A stretch of DNA of 57,951 bases, taken from contig DUAN01000228.1 in NCBI GenBank assembly GCA_012960845.1, positions 1 to 57,951 of the forward strand, written 5' to 3'. Position numbers and translations under genes: made by a program. How positions within the stretch are numbered: the first letter of the stretch is position 1; each line of letters starts with the position of its first letter. Below the pieces are notes generated by a model. It ran no database searches and had not been told where the DNA came from. It saw nothing but the letters and a program-made list of their open reading frames with translations. Source of the stretch: Planctomycetota bacterium. GTDB taxonomy: Bacteria; Planctomycetota; UBA8108; UBA1146. Positions 1-9,265 of this stretch are shown one piece after another.

Positions 1-261
1 ACGGGTGATATTGATCTCGGTCGGATCCCCATCGAGGGTCTCCGAGACATCGACGTGGGCGGTGCCCCGTTTTAGCGTCTGGAGTTTTAGCGTCTGGAGT
101 GTTGGATCGAGGCTCTCCTGCGACGTTGCGTCACAGGATGAGAGACCGACCACCAGTGCGAGCAGGAGAGCGCAGCATGGCGAAAATCTCTGAACACAGG
201 AGCGCAGGATTTCCGTGCACTGGATTTTCGAGCAGCGCAGCGAATCCGCTGGCTCGCTCAC
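1..261 (-). CDS. Partial (runs off window start) predicted lipoprotein
   Basis: Manual translation of the minus frame ending at position 1 gives ...PCCALLLALVVGLSSC-DATSQESLDPTLQTLKLQTLKRG..., a hydrophobic stretch plus lipobox-like LSSC. Start is uncertain (GTG at 261 is one option). Confidence 0.5.
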   Translation of the reverse strand, partial: MSEPADSLRCSKIQCTEILRSCVQRFSPCCALLLALVVGLSSCDATSQESLDPTLQTLKLQTLKRGTAHVDVSETLDGDPTEINITR

Positions 262-449
262 TGTACCGGGGATGTCGACCTGCAACTCGGTTCGAGACTG
301 GAGCCTGTTCATCGATGATCTTCCCTCTCCACTGGAATCTACGGCCAATTGGCGACAAACTAACCACTCGACCTCATCAGGATGACGCCGAGCAGGGCCG
401 CTTTCCCTCGCGACAACCTGCCGCCACAGGATACCCGGACAGGAGCCCG

Positions 450-1310
450 ATGACTCACGGAACCCTCAGCTTCCTCAAGGCACACGGTGCAGGAAACGAC
501 TTCTTGCTACTCGATGAGGCGCAGGGTCCGGTCCCGCTCGATTTCTCACGGCTCGCTCCGTCCCTCTGCTGTCGCAGGACCGGGGTCGGAGCCGATGGAA
601 TCCTGGTGCTCCGCCAGCAACAGATCCCCTTCATGGAGTGCTGGAATGCCGACGGCTCCCGGGCGGAGGCGTGCGGAAACGGAATCCGAATCGCGGCGCT
701 GTCACTGCAGGACCGTCAGCAAGATTCGATCCGTATCGGAACCGACGCCGGAATCGTCGAGGTCCAGCTGATGCGCGATGGGCAGGGAGAATTCAGTGCC
801 GAAGCGGCACTCGGTCAGGCCACCGTCGACATCCCCACCTCGAAGATGGTCGATGGCGCAGTTCTGATGCTGACACCGGTCCACATCGGAAATCCGCACC
901 TGGTGGTGGTCGTCGATCCAGAATCGATGCCGGATCCACTCCCTCGCTTTGGCCCAGAACTGGAGAACTCGGTCGCGGGTCGGACCAATGTCGGCTTCGT
1001 CAGGATCGATTCACCCCACCACCTCACCTTGCGCGTCTGGGAACGAGGGTGCGGTGAAACCCCCGCCTGCGGAACCGGCGCTGCTGCGGCCTTTGCCGCG
1101 CTGCTCCAGGCCGGAATCATCGCAGACCAGGTCGAGGTACAGATGCCTGGGGGAGTGCTGGGGGTTCGCATCGATGACAAGACTGGAATCTGCGTTCGCG
1201 GCGCGGCAAAGATCAGCTATCGAGGAGTTCTATCGCCAGAACAGTGGAACCTCGATGAGTTGGAACTGGACAGCGACCAGCAAGCACAGCCGCTGCCGGT
1301 CGAGGGCTGA
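450..1310 (+). CDS. dapF: Diaminopimelate epimerase
   Basis: Motifs KAHGAGNDF, GADG, ACGNG, GNPH and VWERGCGETPACGTG. ATG at 450 follows AGGAG. Confidence 0.95.
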   Translation: MTHGTLSFLKAHGAGNDFLLLDEAQGPVPLDFSRLAPSLCCRRTGVGADGILVLRQQQIPFMECWNADGSRAEACGNGIRIAALSLQDRQQDSIRIGTDAGIVEVQLMRDGQGEFSAEAALGQATVDIPTSKMVDGAVLMLTPVHIGNPHLVVVVDPESMPDPLPRFGPELENSVAGRTNVGFVRIDSPHHLTLRVWERGCGETPACGTGAAAAFAALLQAGIIADQVEVQMPGGVLGVRIDDKTGICVRGAAKISYRGVLSPEQWNLDELELDSDQQAQPLPVEG

Positions 1311-1313
1311 TCG

Positions 1314-2405
1314 CTACTCGATCTTCACACCATCTTGCGCAACGATTTCCCCGATCACCGAGGCCTGCTCCCCCGATCGAGTCAGACTCTCGATGATGGC
1401 GGTCTCCGACCCTGCAGCCGCAACGATCACCATGCCGATCCCCTGATTGAACACTCGATCCATCTCAGCAGTGGCGACTCCCCCTCGTTGTTCGATCAAC
1501 GAGAAGATCGGTGGCCGCTGCCAGCAGGAGCGATCGAGACGGCATCCCAGTCCCTGTGGCAACACTCTGGGAATGTTTTCCAGCAATCCTCCCCCGGTGA
1601 TGTGTGCGAGGGCGTGAAGATGCTGGCCCGTTCGCTCGATCAACTCGAGGATCGGTCGAACATAGATACGGGTCGGCTCGAGGAGTGCTTCGGCGAGGGA
1701 ACAGCCGAGCCCTCCGGGGTCGTGGTCGAGCGGCAGGGCACTGCCCTCGTCGAGCAGCGCCTTTCTCACCAGTGAGAAACCGTTCGAATGGACCCCGCTC
1801 GAGGCGATCCCGATGACTGCGTCCCCTGCCACCACTTGCTGGCCATCGATGATGGACTCTCGCTCCACCACACCCACGGCGAAGCCGGCCAGATCCAGTT
1901 CTCCATCTTTATAGAATCCTGGCATCTCTGCGGTTTCCCCACCCAGCAGAGCGCAACCGGAAAGCCGGCATCCGTGGGCGATCCCCTCCACCACCACTGC
2001 GATCGACTCGGGGGAGATCTTGCCGGTGGCGACATAGTCGAGAAAAAATAGCGGGCGTGCTCCGCCAACGATCAAATCGTTGACACACATCGCAACCAGA
2101 TCGATACCCACCGTATCGAGAACCCCGCACTCGAATGCGACCTTTAACTTGGTTCCGACTCCATCGGTGGCTCCGACGAGGATCGGATCCTTCAGAGGCT
2201 GGCCAAATAACGAGCCGGCTTCATCGAGCAGACGAAAATACCCACCGAAGGCTCCATGTGAACCCTTCAGCACCCGATCGTCCTGGGTCGAGACCACTGC
2301 ATCGCGAATCCGCCCGACCACTTCGTTACCCGCATCGATATCGACACCCGCATCACGATACGTGAGTCCCTTGGCGATCGGTTCTACCGGTGTCTCATCC
2401 GCCAC
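1314..2405 (-). CDS. purM: Phosphoribosylformylglycinamidine cyclo-ligase (AIR synthetase)
   Basis: Motifs LTYRDAGVDI, TDGVGTK, GGETAEMPG, SSGVHSNGFSL and HITGGG. GTG at 2405 follows GAGGAGG. Confidence 0.97.
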   Translation of the reverse strand: MADETPVEPIAKGLTYRDAGVDIDAGNEVVGRIRDAVVSTQDDRVLKGSHGAFGGYFRLLDEAGSLFGQPLKDPILVGATDGVGTKLKVAFECGVLDTVGIDLVAMCVNDLIVGGARPLFFLDYVATGKISPESIAVVVEGIAHGCRLSGCALLGGETAEMPGFYKDGELDLAGFAVGVVERESIIDGQQVVAGDAVIGIASSGVHSNGFSLVRKALLDEGSALPLDHDPGGLGCSLAEALLEPTRIYVRPILELIERTGQHLHALAHITGGGLLENIPRVLPQGLGCRLDRSCWQRPPIFSLIEQRGGVATAEMDRVFNQGIGMVIVAAAGSETAIIESLTRSGEQASVIGEIVAQDGVKIE

Positions 2406-2910
2406 GAGTAGCCTCCTCACGTTGCAACTCCCACAACCACTTTTCATCGAGATCATATCTCCTCAACAAGCGACGACTGCGACGAGCTCGTGAGGAGTCT
2501 CCCAGTTTTCTCGCCACCTGCCAGTCGAGGAAGAGCAGGTCGATATCTCTCTCATCCTGGGTCAATCCACTATCGAGAGCGATCCGAGCTCTTGCCATTC
2601 TTCCCCTGAGATAACAGCGCTGGGCATCGTCGAGAGCCCTCTCGACCCTCTTGCGGATGGCGCTGCGTCGCTCATCGGAGGTCAACCGGAGAGTCCAGCG
2701 AACACTGATCAGGGTGGCGATCAGTGCCACCACCGAACCACTCCACTGTGCCTGCCATCGATCGGGACCGGCCCATACCGTCGATCCTGCCGCCAGGAAC
2801 GCCCAGCCGCCGCCACCGAGGACCAGCAATAACAAGCCGCGATAGATCCGACCGAGCAGGATCGGTCCGAGCCCCGGGATCAAGGATGAGATCAGTAGAA
2901 TCGCCCTCAT
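2395..2910 (-). CDS. Membrane protein with a C-terminal TPR-like helical region
   Basis: Hydrophobic segments (SLIPGLG motif) followed by a charged helical tail. Overlaps the purM start, suggesting an operon. Confidence 0.6.
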   Translation of the reverse strand: MRAILLISSLIPGLGPILLGRIYRGLLLLVLGGGGWAFLAAGSTVWAGPDRWQAQWSGSVVALIATLISVRWTLRLTSDERRSAIRKRVERALDDAQRCYLRGRMARARIALDSGLTQDERDIDLLFLDWQVARKLGDSSRARRSRRLLRRYDLDEKWLWELQREEATRGG

Positions 2911-3019
2911 GGGAATCGGTGCTCCTTCCGCGGTGGCCTCCAGTGTATCTCCCCCGAGGGGGTGAGGGGAGCAGATGGGATGCCTTGTCTGGGAAGTGGG
3001 AACAGGGGATCCTGAGGCC

Positions 3020-4249
3020 ATGGAATCAGCCTCTCAACCCCCTGACCACCGATCGATCGAGCAGGTCCTCGATGCGGCTTTCAACCGACTGACGGAAGCG
3101 CTCCGGGTGACCGAGGATCAACTTCGCTTTGGCGATCTCTCGCAGATCGCCAAACCTCCTCTGGCACGACGCTGGCAGCAGTTGCGGCGGGTCGCCGGAG
3201 CGCTGCGTCAGCAGCTGGAAGTGGATTCCGGCCCGCTATCTCTGCACCGCAATGTCGAGGGAGACCTGTTGCGAGGGCTTCCCGGTAGCGGCCCACATGG
3301 CGATCGGAACCAGCTGATCCGCACCAATATCTGCCGCGCACGGGAAGCGGCTCGTTCGGTCGAGGAGGCGATTCGTTACTTCTGCCCGCCGCTCTGTGGC
3401 GAGGCGGAGGCGATTCGATACCAGATTTATCAACTGGAGTCTCTCACCGAGGGAATACTCCACCGCGGACCCAAGCTCGACGGTCGCCACCTGTACCTTC
3501 TGGTGACCGAAGAACTTTGCCTCGGTGACATCCTCGAGACCACCGCAGCCGCCATCGAAGGCGGTGCTTCGATGGTGCAGCTGCGAGAAAAGTCCCTGGG
3601 AAGCGCCCAGTTTCTGCAGCGAGCCCAGCAACTGAGAGAAATCACTGCAGAGCGTGGAGCCTTGCTGATCATCAACGATCGCATCGAGATCGCGCGCCTC
3701 TGCCGAGCCGATGGGGTGCACCTCGGACAGCAGGACATCGCCCCTCATCAAGCCCGCGAAATCCTTGGGCCGGATGCCATCATAGGACTCTCGACCCACA
3801 ATCCGCAGCAGGCCAGCGCTGCAGCGCTGGCCGGTGCGGATTACATCGGTATCGGCCCCATCTTCGAGACCCAGACCAAGAGACATCGTATGGCAGTCGG
3901 TACCGGATACATCGAAGAGGCTCGCCAGCAGTGTGAACTCCCGGGCTATGCCATCGGTCATGTCGATGAGGAAACCATCGACGAAGTTCTCACTGCAGGG
4001 GCCACCCGGATTGCCGTATGTAGCGGCATCATCGCCAGACCAGACCCCCGGGGTGCCGCTCAGTTGTTGCAGCAGAAACTGGTCGAATGCGCTTCTCGGG
4101 AGGTCTCCGATGGCCACCTCCGAGGATCTCGAAAAGAAGACCTCTGCCACTTCAGCCCCCTCTCTGCTGAGAAGACTCTATCTTCGAGTGCTCGCCGAAG
4201 CGGAGACTTCCAGGGGACCCGCAGTGCTGGCTGCGGTCGCCTTCACTGA
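3020..4249 (+). CDS. thiE: Thiamine-phosphate synthase with N-terminal ThiD2-like domain
   Basis: Motifs VQLREK, IINDR, ADGVHLGQQD, IGLSTH and GPIFETQTK. N-terminal DAAFNRLTEALRVTED and RAREAARSVEE resemble the long cyanobacterial-type ThiE. Confidence 0.92.
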   Translation: MESASQPPDHRSIEQVLDAAFNRLTEALRVTEDQLRFGDLSQIAKPPLARRWQQLRRVAGALRQQLEVDSGPLSLHRNVEGDLLRGLPGSGPHGDRNQLIRTNICRAREAARSVEEAIRYFCPPLCGEAEAIRYQIYQLESLTEGILHRGPKLDGRHLYLLVTEELCLGDILETTAAAIEGGASMVQLREKSLGSAQFLQRAQQLREITAERGALLIINDRIEIARLCRADGVHLGQQDIAPHQAREILGPDAIIGLSTHNPQQASAAALAGADYIGIGPIFETQTKRHRMAVGTGYIEEARQQCELPGYAIGHVDEETIDEVLTAGATRIAVCSGIIARPDPRGAAQLLQQKLVECASREVSDGHLRGSRKEDLCHFSPLSAEKTLSSSARRSGDFQGTRSAGCGRLH

Positions 4250-4739
4250 ATCGAGCTTTTTTCCGATTCCACCCGATCCTCTGCTGATCGCACTGGGGAT
4301 CGGTGCTCCAAGAAGGGCAATTCCGCTGGCCATCCTGACCACCGTGATGTCGGTGCTGGGCGGACTACTGGGATACGCCATCGGAGCCTGGATGATGGAC
4401 ACCGTAGGCGATTCGATCATCGCTTTATTTGGTGCACAAGCCACCTTCGAGGAGGTGAAGGGGGGATTCCTGGCGTACGGCTTCCTGTCGGTGGTCACCG
4501 CAGCGTTGACTCCGATCCCCTACAAGATCTTCACCATCGCTGCCGGTGCGGCGGGATTGCCGCTGGCCATCTTCATACCTGCCAGCATCATCGGTCGTGG
4601 CACACGCTTCATCGCCGAGGGAATACTGGTCTGGAGATACGGGGAACCGATCCGCGACTTCATCGATCGCTGGTTTGCTGCGCTGACGATCGCAGCGGTC
4701 ATCCTCGGCGTCCTCGGAGTGGCACTGCTTCAAATCTAG
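4110..4739 (+). CDS. YqaA/DedA-family (VTT domain) membrane protein
   Basis: Motifs FTESSFFPIPPDPLL, SVLGGLLGYAIG, TPIPYKIFTIAAG and IGRGTRF. Confidence 0.9.
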   Translation: MATSEDLEKKTSATSAPSLLRRLYLRVLAEAETSRGPAVLAAVAFTESSFFPIPPDPLLIALGIGAPRRAIPLAILTTVMSVLGGLLGYAIGAWMMDTVGDSIIALFGAQATFEEVKGGFLAYGFLSVVTAALTPIPYKIFTIAAGAAGLPLAIFIPASIIGRGTRFIAEGILVWRYGEPIRDFIDRWFAALTIAAVILGVLGVALLQI

Positions 4740-4749
4740 CGCCACTGAC

Positions 4750-4809
4750 CTGCGGTTCAGAGTTCTGCGGTTCAGAGTTCTGCGGTTCAGAGTTCTGCGG
4801 TTCAGAGCT
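4750..4809. repeat. 15-bp tandem repeat x4 (CTGCGGTTCAGAGTT) that includes the stop codon of the minus-strand gene
   Basis: Read directly from the sequence. Confidence 0.95.
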
Positions 4810-6391
4810 CCAGTGCGATCAAAATCCTCTGGTGAAGTTCATCTCGCGCATTTTCACCGGTCACCGCCTCGACGGTCATCGGAGATCCCACTGCCGCCCG
4901 CGCTGCAACTTCCACCTGCCACGCATCCTGATGTTCACTTGAGGTCAAGACTCGCAAGCCAGGTCCCGGATGCGCGTCATCCGCTGCTGCGGGATCGGGC
5001 AATCCTTCCATCGCAAACCACCCGGGAGAGTCCGTCGTCTCGATGATGGCTATCGGCCAGTCCGCATCACCGATGGCCACCGATGCGATCACATCCGCGG
5101 CCTCGCCATGCCCCGCCAGCACCACTCGACCGGGGTCGAGTCGCCGCTGAGCCAGCAGACTCTGACGCAATCTGTGCAAGCCAAAGGCAATCGTCGAGAT
5201 GTCTTCATCGCGGTGATCCTCGGCGAGCCAACTGCCCCCCGATCCGTTCGAATAGATCGGTTCCACCACAACCAGGCAGGGCACCTCTCCCATCCGGGTG
5301 CGCAACTCCTTCAATCGCTCACCTGGGTCGACCCCCTGCTCCGACAACCAGATCAATAGCGGTGCCCGACCGGCACTGCGTGCGGGAGCATCGATGAGGT
5401 AGCGCAGTGGTCTGGTCATGTAGACTGCCAGTGACCCATCACTGAGTCCTCGGGCCACCGGCTCGGTGGCGACGATCCAGTCTGCACGAGCATCGCCAGC
5501 CTCCACTTCAACCCGATCCGATTCGAAGGAGGGAACGATGTGAACCGTCTTCATCGATGATCCGCGGCTGCGAAGTTGGAACTGACGTGCGGTCCCATCT
5601 CGCTCGAGGGTGTGGAATCCTCCGTTGACATGAACCACCACCGAGCCGGGGTACGCCTTGACGGCTCTCGCCACCGATTCCCCCATCGTGTTATCCCACA
5701 GGCTCTGGACCTTCTCGAGACGCTGCTGTGGCTGCTGGTCGGTGTTCACATGTCCATGGCCCCGAACCGTTCGGTCGTAGCGATCCCAGTAACGTCGGGT
5801 ATTGGGCAGCAAGGTGTCTGCGATGGTCGCGCGTTGATCGGCATCGAGAGCCGAAAGCCCGCCGCCGAAGGCAGCCTTGCGCCAGACGGAGCGGGGTACA
5901 TTGGCAGCGACCACCGGAGATCCTGTCCTTCGAGCGAACTCGATGAGGGGTCGATAGCCCGTCTCATAATTGTTCCACGGCTCAGAATCGGCCAGAAATT
6001 GATCCTCACTGACCTTGCCCGCCAGGTAATCATCGAGCAACTGCTGACGATCCCGGCTGAACATCTCGAGCGAAACGACCACCGAACGGCCGGTGGCGTG
6101 GATTCCCTCCAGCACTGCAAGTTCCATCCGATGAGTGACATCATCCAGATGAGTCTCGCCCAGGAACACGACATCCTGATCGGCAACATCCGCGATCAAC
6201 GCCTCGACATCCTGCAGACTTCCATCGGAGGATCGATGAATCCGCACCCTGGAATCGAGTGGGTGCTCGCCCGAAGATCGGAGAGTGCTGTGCCCTCCCT
6301 GACAACCGACCAAGAAGATCAACATCCACAACAGCATCCGGAGGCCGGCTCCGGATCTCTCACTCATCCGTTCTCTCATCCATTCTCTCAT
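4802..6391 (-). CDS. ChaN/PhuW-family lipoprotein with a degenerate alpha/beta-hydrolase-like C-terminal domain
   Basis: Lipobox LVGC; motifs VVFLGETH, LEMF, YRPLIEFA, QSLWDNTMG and VHVNGGFH. Start is one of three repeated ATGs (6391/6379/6367). Confidence 0.8.
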   Translation of the reverse strand: MREWMRERMSERSGAGLRMLLWMLIFLVGCQGGHSTLRSSGEHPLDSRVRIHRSSDGSLQDVEALIADVADQDVVFLGETHLDDVTHRMELAVLEGIHATGRSVVVSLEMFSRDRQQLLDDYLAGKVSEDQFLADSEPWNNYETGYRPLIEFARRTGSPVVAANVPRSVWRKAAFGGGLSALDADQRATIADTLLPNTRRYWDRYDRTVRGHGHVNTDQQPQQRLEKVQSLWDNTMGESVARAVKAYPGSVVVHVNGGFHTLERDGTARQFQLRSRGSSMKTVHIVPSFESDRVEVEAGDARADWIVATEPVARGLSDGSLAVYMTRPLRYLIDAPARSAGRAPLLIWLSEQGVDPGERLKELRTRMGEVPCLVVVEPIYSNGSGGSWLAEDHRDEDISTIAFGLHRLRQSLLAQRRLDPGRVVLAGHGEAADVIASVAIGDADWPIAIIETTDSPGWFAMEGLPDPAAADDAHPGPGLRVLTSSEHQDAWQVEVAARAAVGSPMTVEAVTGENARDELHQRILIALEL

Positions 6392-6954
6392 CCGTTCTCT
6401 CCTCCACTCAACTTTCCATGTTGCTCGATCCACCTTGCAGCGGCCTCGAGATCCACCACTCGAGCATCGACCTCGAGACTGGCGGACTGGGGTGTCTCCC
6501 CACGACCCGTCTCGACCAGAATCCTGGTCATCCCCAGTCGCTTTGCCGCTTCCATATCGCAGGGGGAATCCCCCACCATCACCGATCTTGCGAGATCAAT
6601 CTCATGAGCGCGGGCTGCACGTTCAAACATCTGCGTGCCCGGCTTCCGACAATCACACCCCGCATCGGGAAGATGGGGGCAATACTCGACCGAGCGGATG
6701 GTCGCGCCCCAGGAGAGCGCATCCTGACACAGCCGATGATGGATTTCATCGACCTGGCTCGCCTCGGTCCAGCCCCTGCCGATGGCAGACTGGTTGGTGA
6801 CCACCACGATCGGGCAATCCAGTTGCCCGAGTAATCGCATCGCCTTCGCTGTTCCATCGAAGTAACGAAACTGGTCCGCTGAACGCACCGACTCGAAGAC
6901 GTACTGGTTGATGACACCGTCTCGATCGAGGAATAGTCCCGGTTGGCCACTCAA
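6388..6954 (-). CDS. gmhB: D,D-heptose 1,7-bisphosphate phosphatase (HAD IIIA)
   Basis: Motifs FLDRDGVIN, TNQS, CPH..CDCRKP and MVGD. Adjacent to gmhA. Confidence 0.88.
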   Translation of the reverse strand: MSGQPGLFLDRDGVINQYVFESVRSADQFRYFDGTAKAMRLLGQLDCPIVVVTNQSAIGRGWTEASQVDEIHHRLCQDALSWGATIRSVEYCPHLPDAGCDCRKPGTQMFERAARAHEIDLARSVMVGDSPCDMEAAKRLGMTRILVETGRGETPQSASLEVDARVVDLEAAARWIEQHGKLSGGENG

Positions 6955-7697
6955 GATCCGGAGGATCCCGTCGTGCGCTGGGCGAGTACATTTCGGACTG
7001 CGACCCTGAAAGCGTGGATGATCATGTGTGCCATCACCATGTGAGCATCCTGAGCGGGCTGCATCTGATGCACCTCGACATGTAGTGGATGGTCGACCAG
7101 ACCTCTCAACTCTCCGCCATCAAAACCGGTCATCGCTGCGGTCTCACAACCCAGCTGTTGGGCTCTTTGTATCGCAGCGATCAAGTTGGAGGAGTTTCCC
7201 GATCCACTCATCGTCAGGACCAGATCTCCAGGACGCGCCCATTGCTGCACCTGTTGCAGGAAGATCGCATCGAAATCGAGGTCATTTCCCAGCGCCGTGA
7301 GGATGGAAGGACTGTCATTGAGACACAGAACTCGCAGCCGCTTGGGCTCGGAGAAGGGGATCGCGTAGGTCGCCAGATCCTCCGCCAGGTGGGTCGCGGT
7401 CGCTGCACTCCCGCCATTTCCAAAGAGCAGAAGTTGTCGATCTTGCTGCCAGCAGCGAATCACGCTGGCGGTGAAGCGCCCGATGGCTTCGGCATCGATC
7501 TCATGCAGCGCCTGCTGACTCTCCCCGAGGTAACGGACCAGTTCCTGGTGGATCGACCGGGGATCCGGTGCCATTTCCGAGAAATCGTTGGGTTCCAATG
7601 GATCTCCTCCCGAGACCTGAGGATACATCTTCACGGCCGGGTCTCCAGTCCAACGGGAGTACCCTTCGCCTGAGCCCTCTCCGGGGCTAGGATCCAC
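6951..7697 (-). CDS. gmhA: Phosphoheptose isomerase (SIS domain)
   Basis: Motifs GNGGSAATATH, TALGND, SGSGNS and TGFDGG. The true start may be downstream (e.g. ATG 7574). Confidence 0.85.
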   Translation of the reverse strand: MDPSPGEGSGEGYSRWTGDPAVKMYPQVSGGDPLEPNDFSEMAPDPRSIHQELVRYLGESQQALHEIDAEAIGRFTASVIRCWQQDRQLLLFGNGGSAATATHLAEDLATYAIPFSEPKRLRVLCLNDSPSILTALGNDLDFDAIFLQQVQQWARPGDLVLTMSGSGNSSNLIAAIQRAQQLGCETAAMTGFDGGELRGLVDHPLHVEVHQMQPAQDAHMVMAHMIIHAFRVAVRNVLAQRTTGSSGS

Positions 7698-7715
7698 CGG
7701 TCAGAAAGGAACTCC

Positions 7716-8771
7716 TTGCTCAGCCTCTCCACCGCCCTGCTCCCTTCGTCACCACTCTCCCAGGCCCAACAGGTCCGCTGGCTCCTCGATGGCGAAATTC
7801 CCGGGATCGTGATCGGAGCCGAGATCGAGCGCGGACAGATCGCCGCCCTGGTGCAGGAGGTCGTTGGAGCGGGCCACCAGGTGACCGCTCTGGAGGCACC
7901 ATTGCCCCACTCCAGTGCTGCCTTCGGGGGGAGCCAACGGCGACCGCCACAGTCTTCGAGACACCCCCGCCGCTGTTGCCCGTCGCTGGCGGCTCTCGAG
8001 GAGTCGGAGCGGCTCGCAGCGCAAGTTTCTCTGCTCGACGCGCTGGAACTGGTCGATCGCCACCAGTTGGGACGGGTGATCCTCTCGCCCTCCAATCCAG
8101 CGGGGCACGACCCGACCGCCGGTTGCCAGCAGTTGATCGCCGAGACGCAGCAAAAGATCGACCGGTGCCGATCCCCCGAAGACCCGCAAACCGCAGCACA
8201 GGTGGTGCGTTGGATCGATCAGCAGCGACAGCAGTTGCAGGCACTGACCCGGCCGGATAGGGCCACACAGCAGCGCCAACAGAAGTCGCAAGATGCACTG
8301 CTGAGGAGTCTCGACCCGGCGCTCGAGCGTGCTTCCGAGCTGGGCACCTCCATCGCACTGCGTGAATCGGATCGCATCGGCACAGTGACCGATCGCAGCG
8401 GATTCCTCGAACTGTACCAGATCTTCCACGGAGCTCCGTTGCGCTGGATCGCCGATCCCGCAGCGGCGCAATCGCTGGCGATCTTGCAAGGCCTCGAGAC
8501 GGTCGATCCACTGCCCGAAGATCGGGCAAGGGTCGAGGGGTGTTACCTGCGCGATCTGCTCGATAACTCGCTGGTCAACCTCGGTGACGGAAAACTCGAC
8601 CTTCAGTCACAGTTCAGTGATTTCGCCGACGATGATCTGCGGGTCGTCGAGTTGTCGTCGGGCACCACCTCTCAGCAGGTGAGAGAGATGGCGAGCCTCT
8701 GCAGGTCCCTCGGAATCGACGGAGCCGCACCCCCTCAGCCAGGCGATCCCTTCCCCATCATCGGTGGATGA
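7716..8771 (+). CDS. Divergent sugar-phosphate isomerase/epimerase-like TIM-barrel protein
   Basis: Long ORF. Segments SLDPALERASELGTSIALRE, LGDGKLD and VVEL resemble the AP-endonuclease-2/xylose isomerase fold, but the metal ligands look degenerate. Confidence 0.5.
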   Translation: MLSLSTALLPSSPLSQAQQVRWLLDGEIPGIVIGAEIERGQIAALVQEVVGAGHQVTALEAPLPHSSAAFGGSQRRPPQSSRHPRRCCPSLAALEESERLAAQVSLLDALELVDRHQLGRVILSPSNPAGHDPTAGCQQLIAETQQKIDRCRSPEDPQTAAQVVRWIDQQRQQLQALTRPDRATQQRQQKSQDALLRSLDPALERASELGTSIALRESDRIGTVTDRSGFLELYQIFHGAPLRWIADPAAAQSLAILQGLETVDPLPEDRARVEGCYLRDLLDNSLVNLGDGKLDLQSQFSDFADDDLRVVELSSGTTSQQVREMASLCRSLGIDGAAPPQPGDPFPIIGG

Positions 8772-8822
8772 AGCCGAACTTCTCAGCCAGCCGAACTTCT
8801 CAGCGATACTGGGGGGGGGAGT

Positions 8823-8935
8823 TGAAGACCGGAGGGACTCTTCTTCGCTCTGACTCGTCGCACCAGGTCAGAGAGAGGAAAAAGAGACCCAACCCAGAAG
8901 GGGGAAATTGGGGAATGTTCCGGGCCGGGTCTTCA
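8823..8935 (-). ncRNA. Candidate structured intergenic RNA (unassigned)
   Basis: Nested stems: 8823-8830/8928-8935, 8838-8846/8878-8886 (uninterrupted only on the minus strand, via a G-U pair) and 8848-8854/8867-8873. Confidence 0.3.
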
Positions 8936-9265
8936 GGAACGAATCAGAACTCGTAACCGCGCAGCACTCGAAGTGGATTGGTGCCACCTTCACGATGACA
9001 TCCGGAATCACTTCTATGCTCTATCGGGGATCGACTCTGTTCGGTGCTGAACCAGTATCGGAATTCCCCAGATCTCGTGTCACGAGAGCAGAGTGGATTG
9101 TGGACAAGTTGTGGACGCTAGTCCAGAAAAAAGCGGCCGCCGGAAGAGTTTTTTACCCCCTGTTGCCGCCGCCCTGCCCCCACTCTATCCTGCACAAGTT
9201 GTCCCAAATCACCCATATACGGCGATTCCGCCCGCATCATTAGAATTCGCCGAGAGGAACGATCC

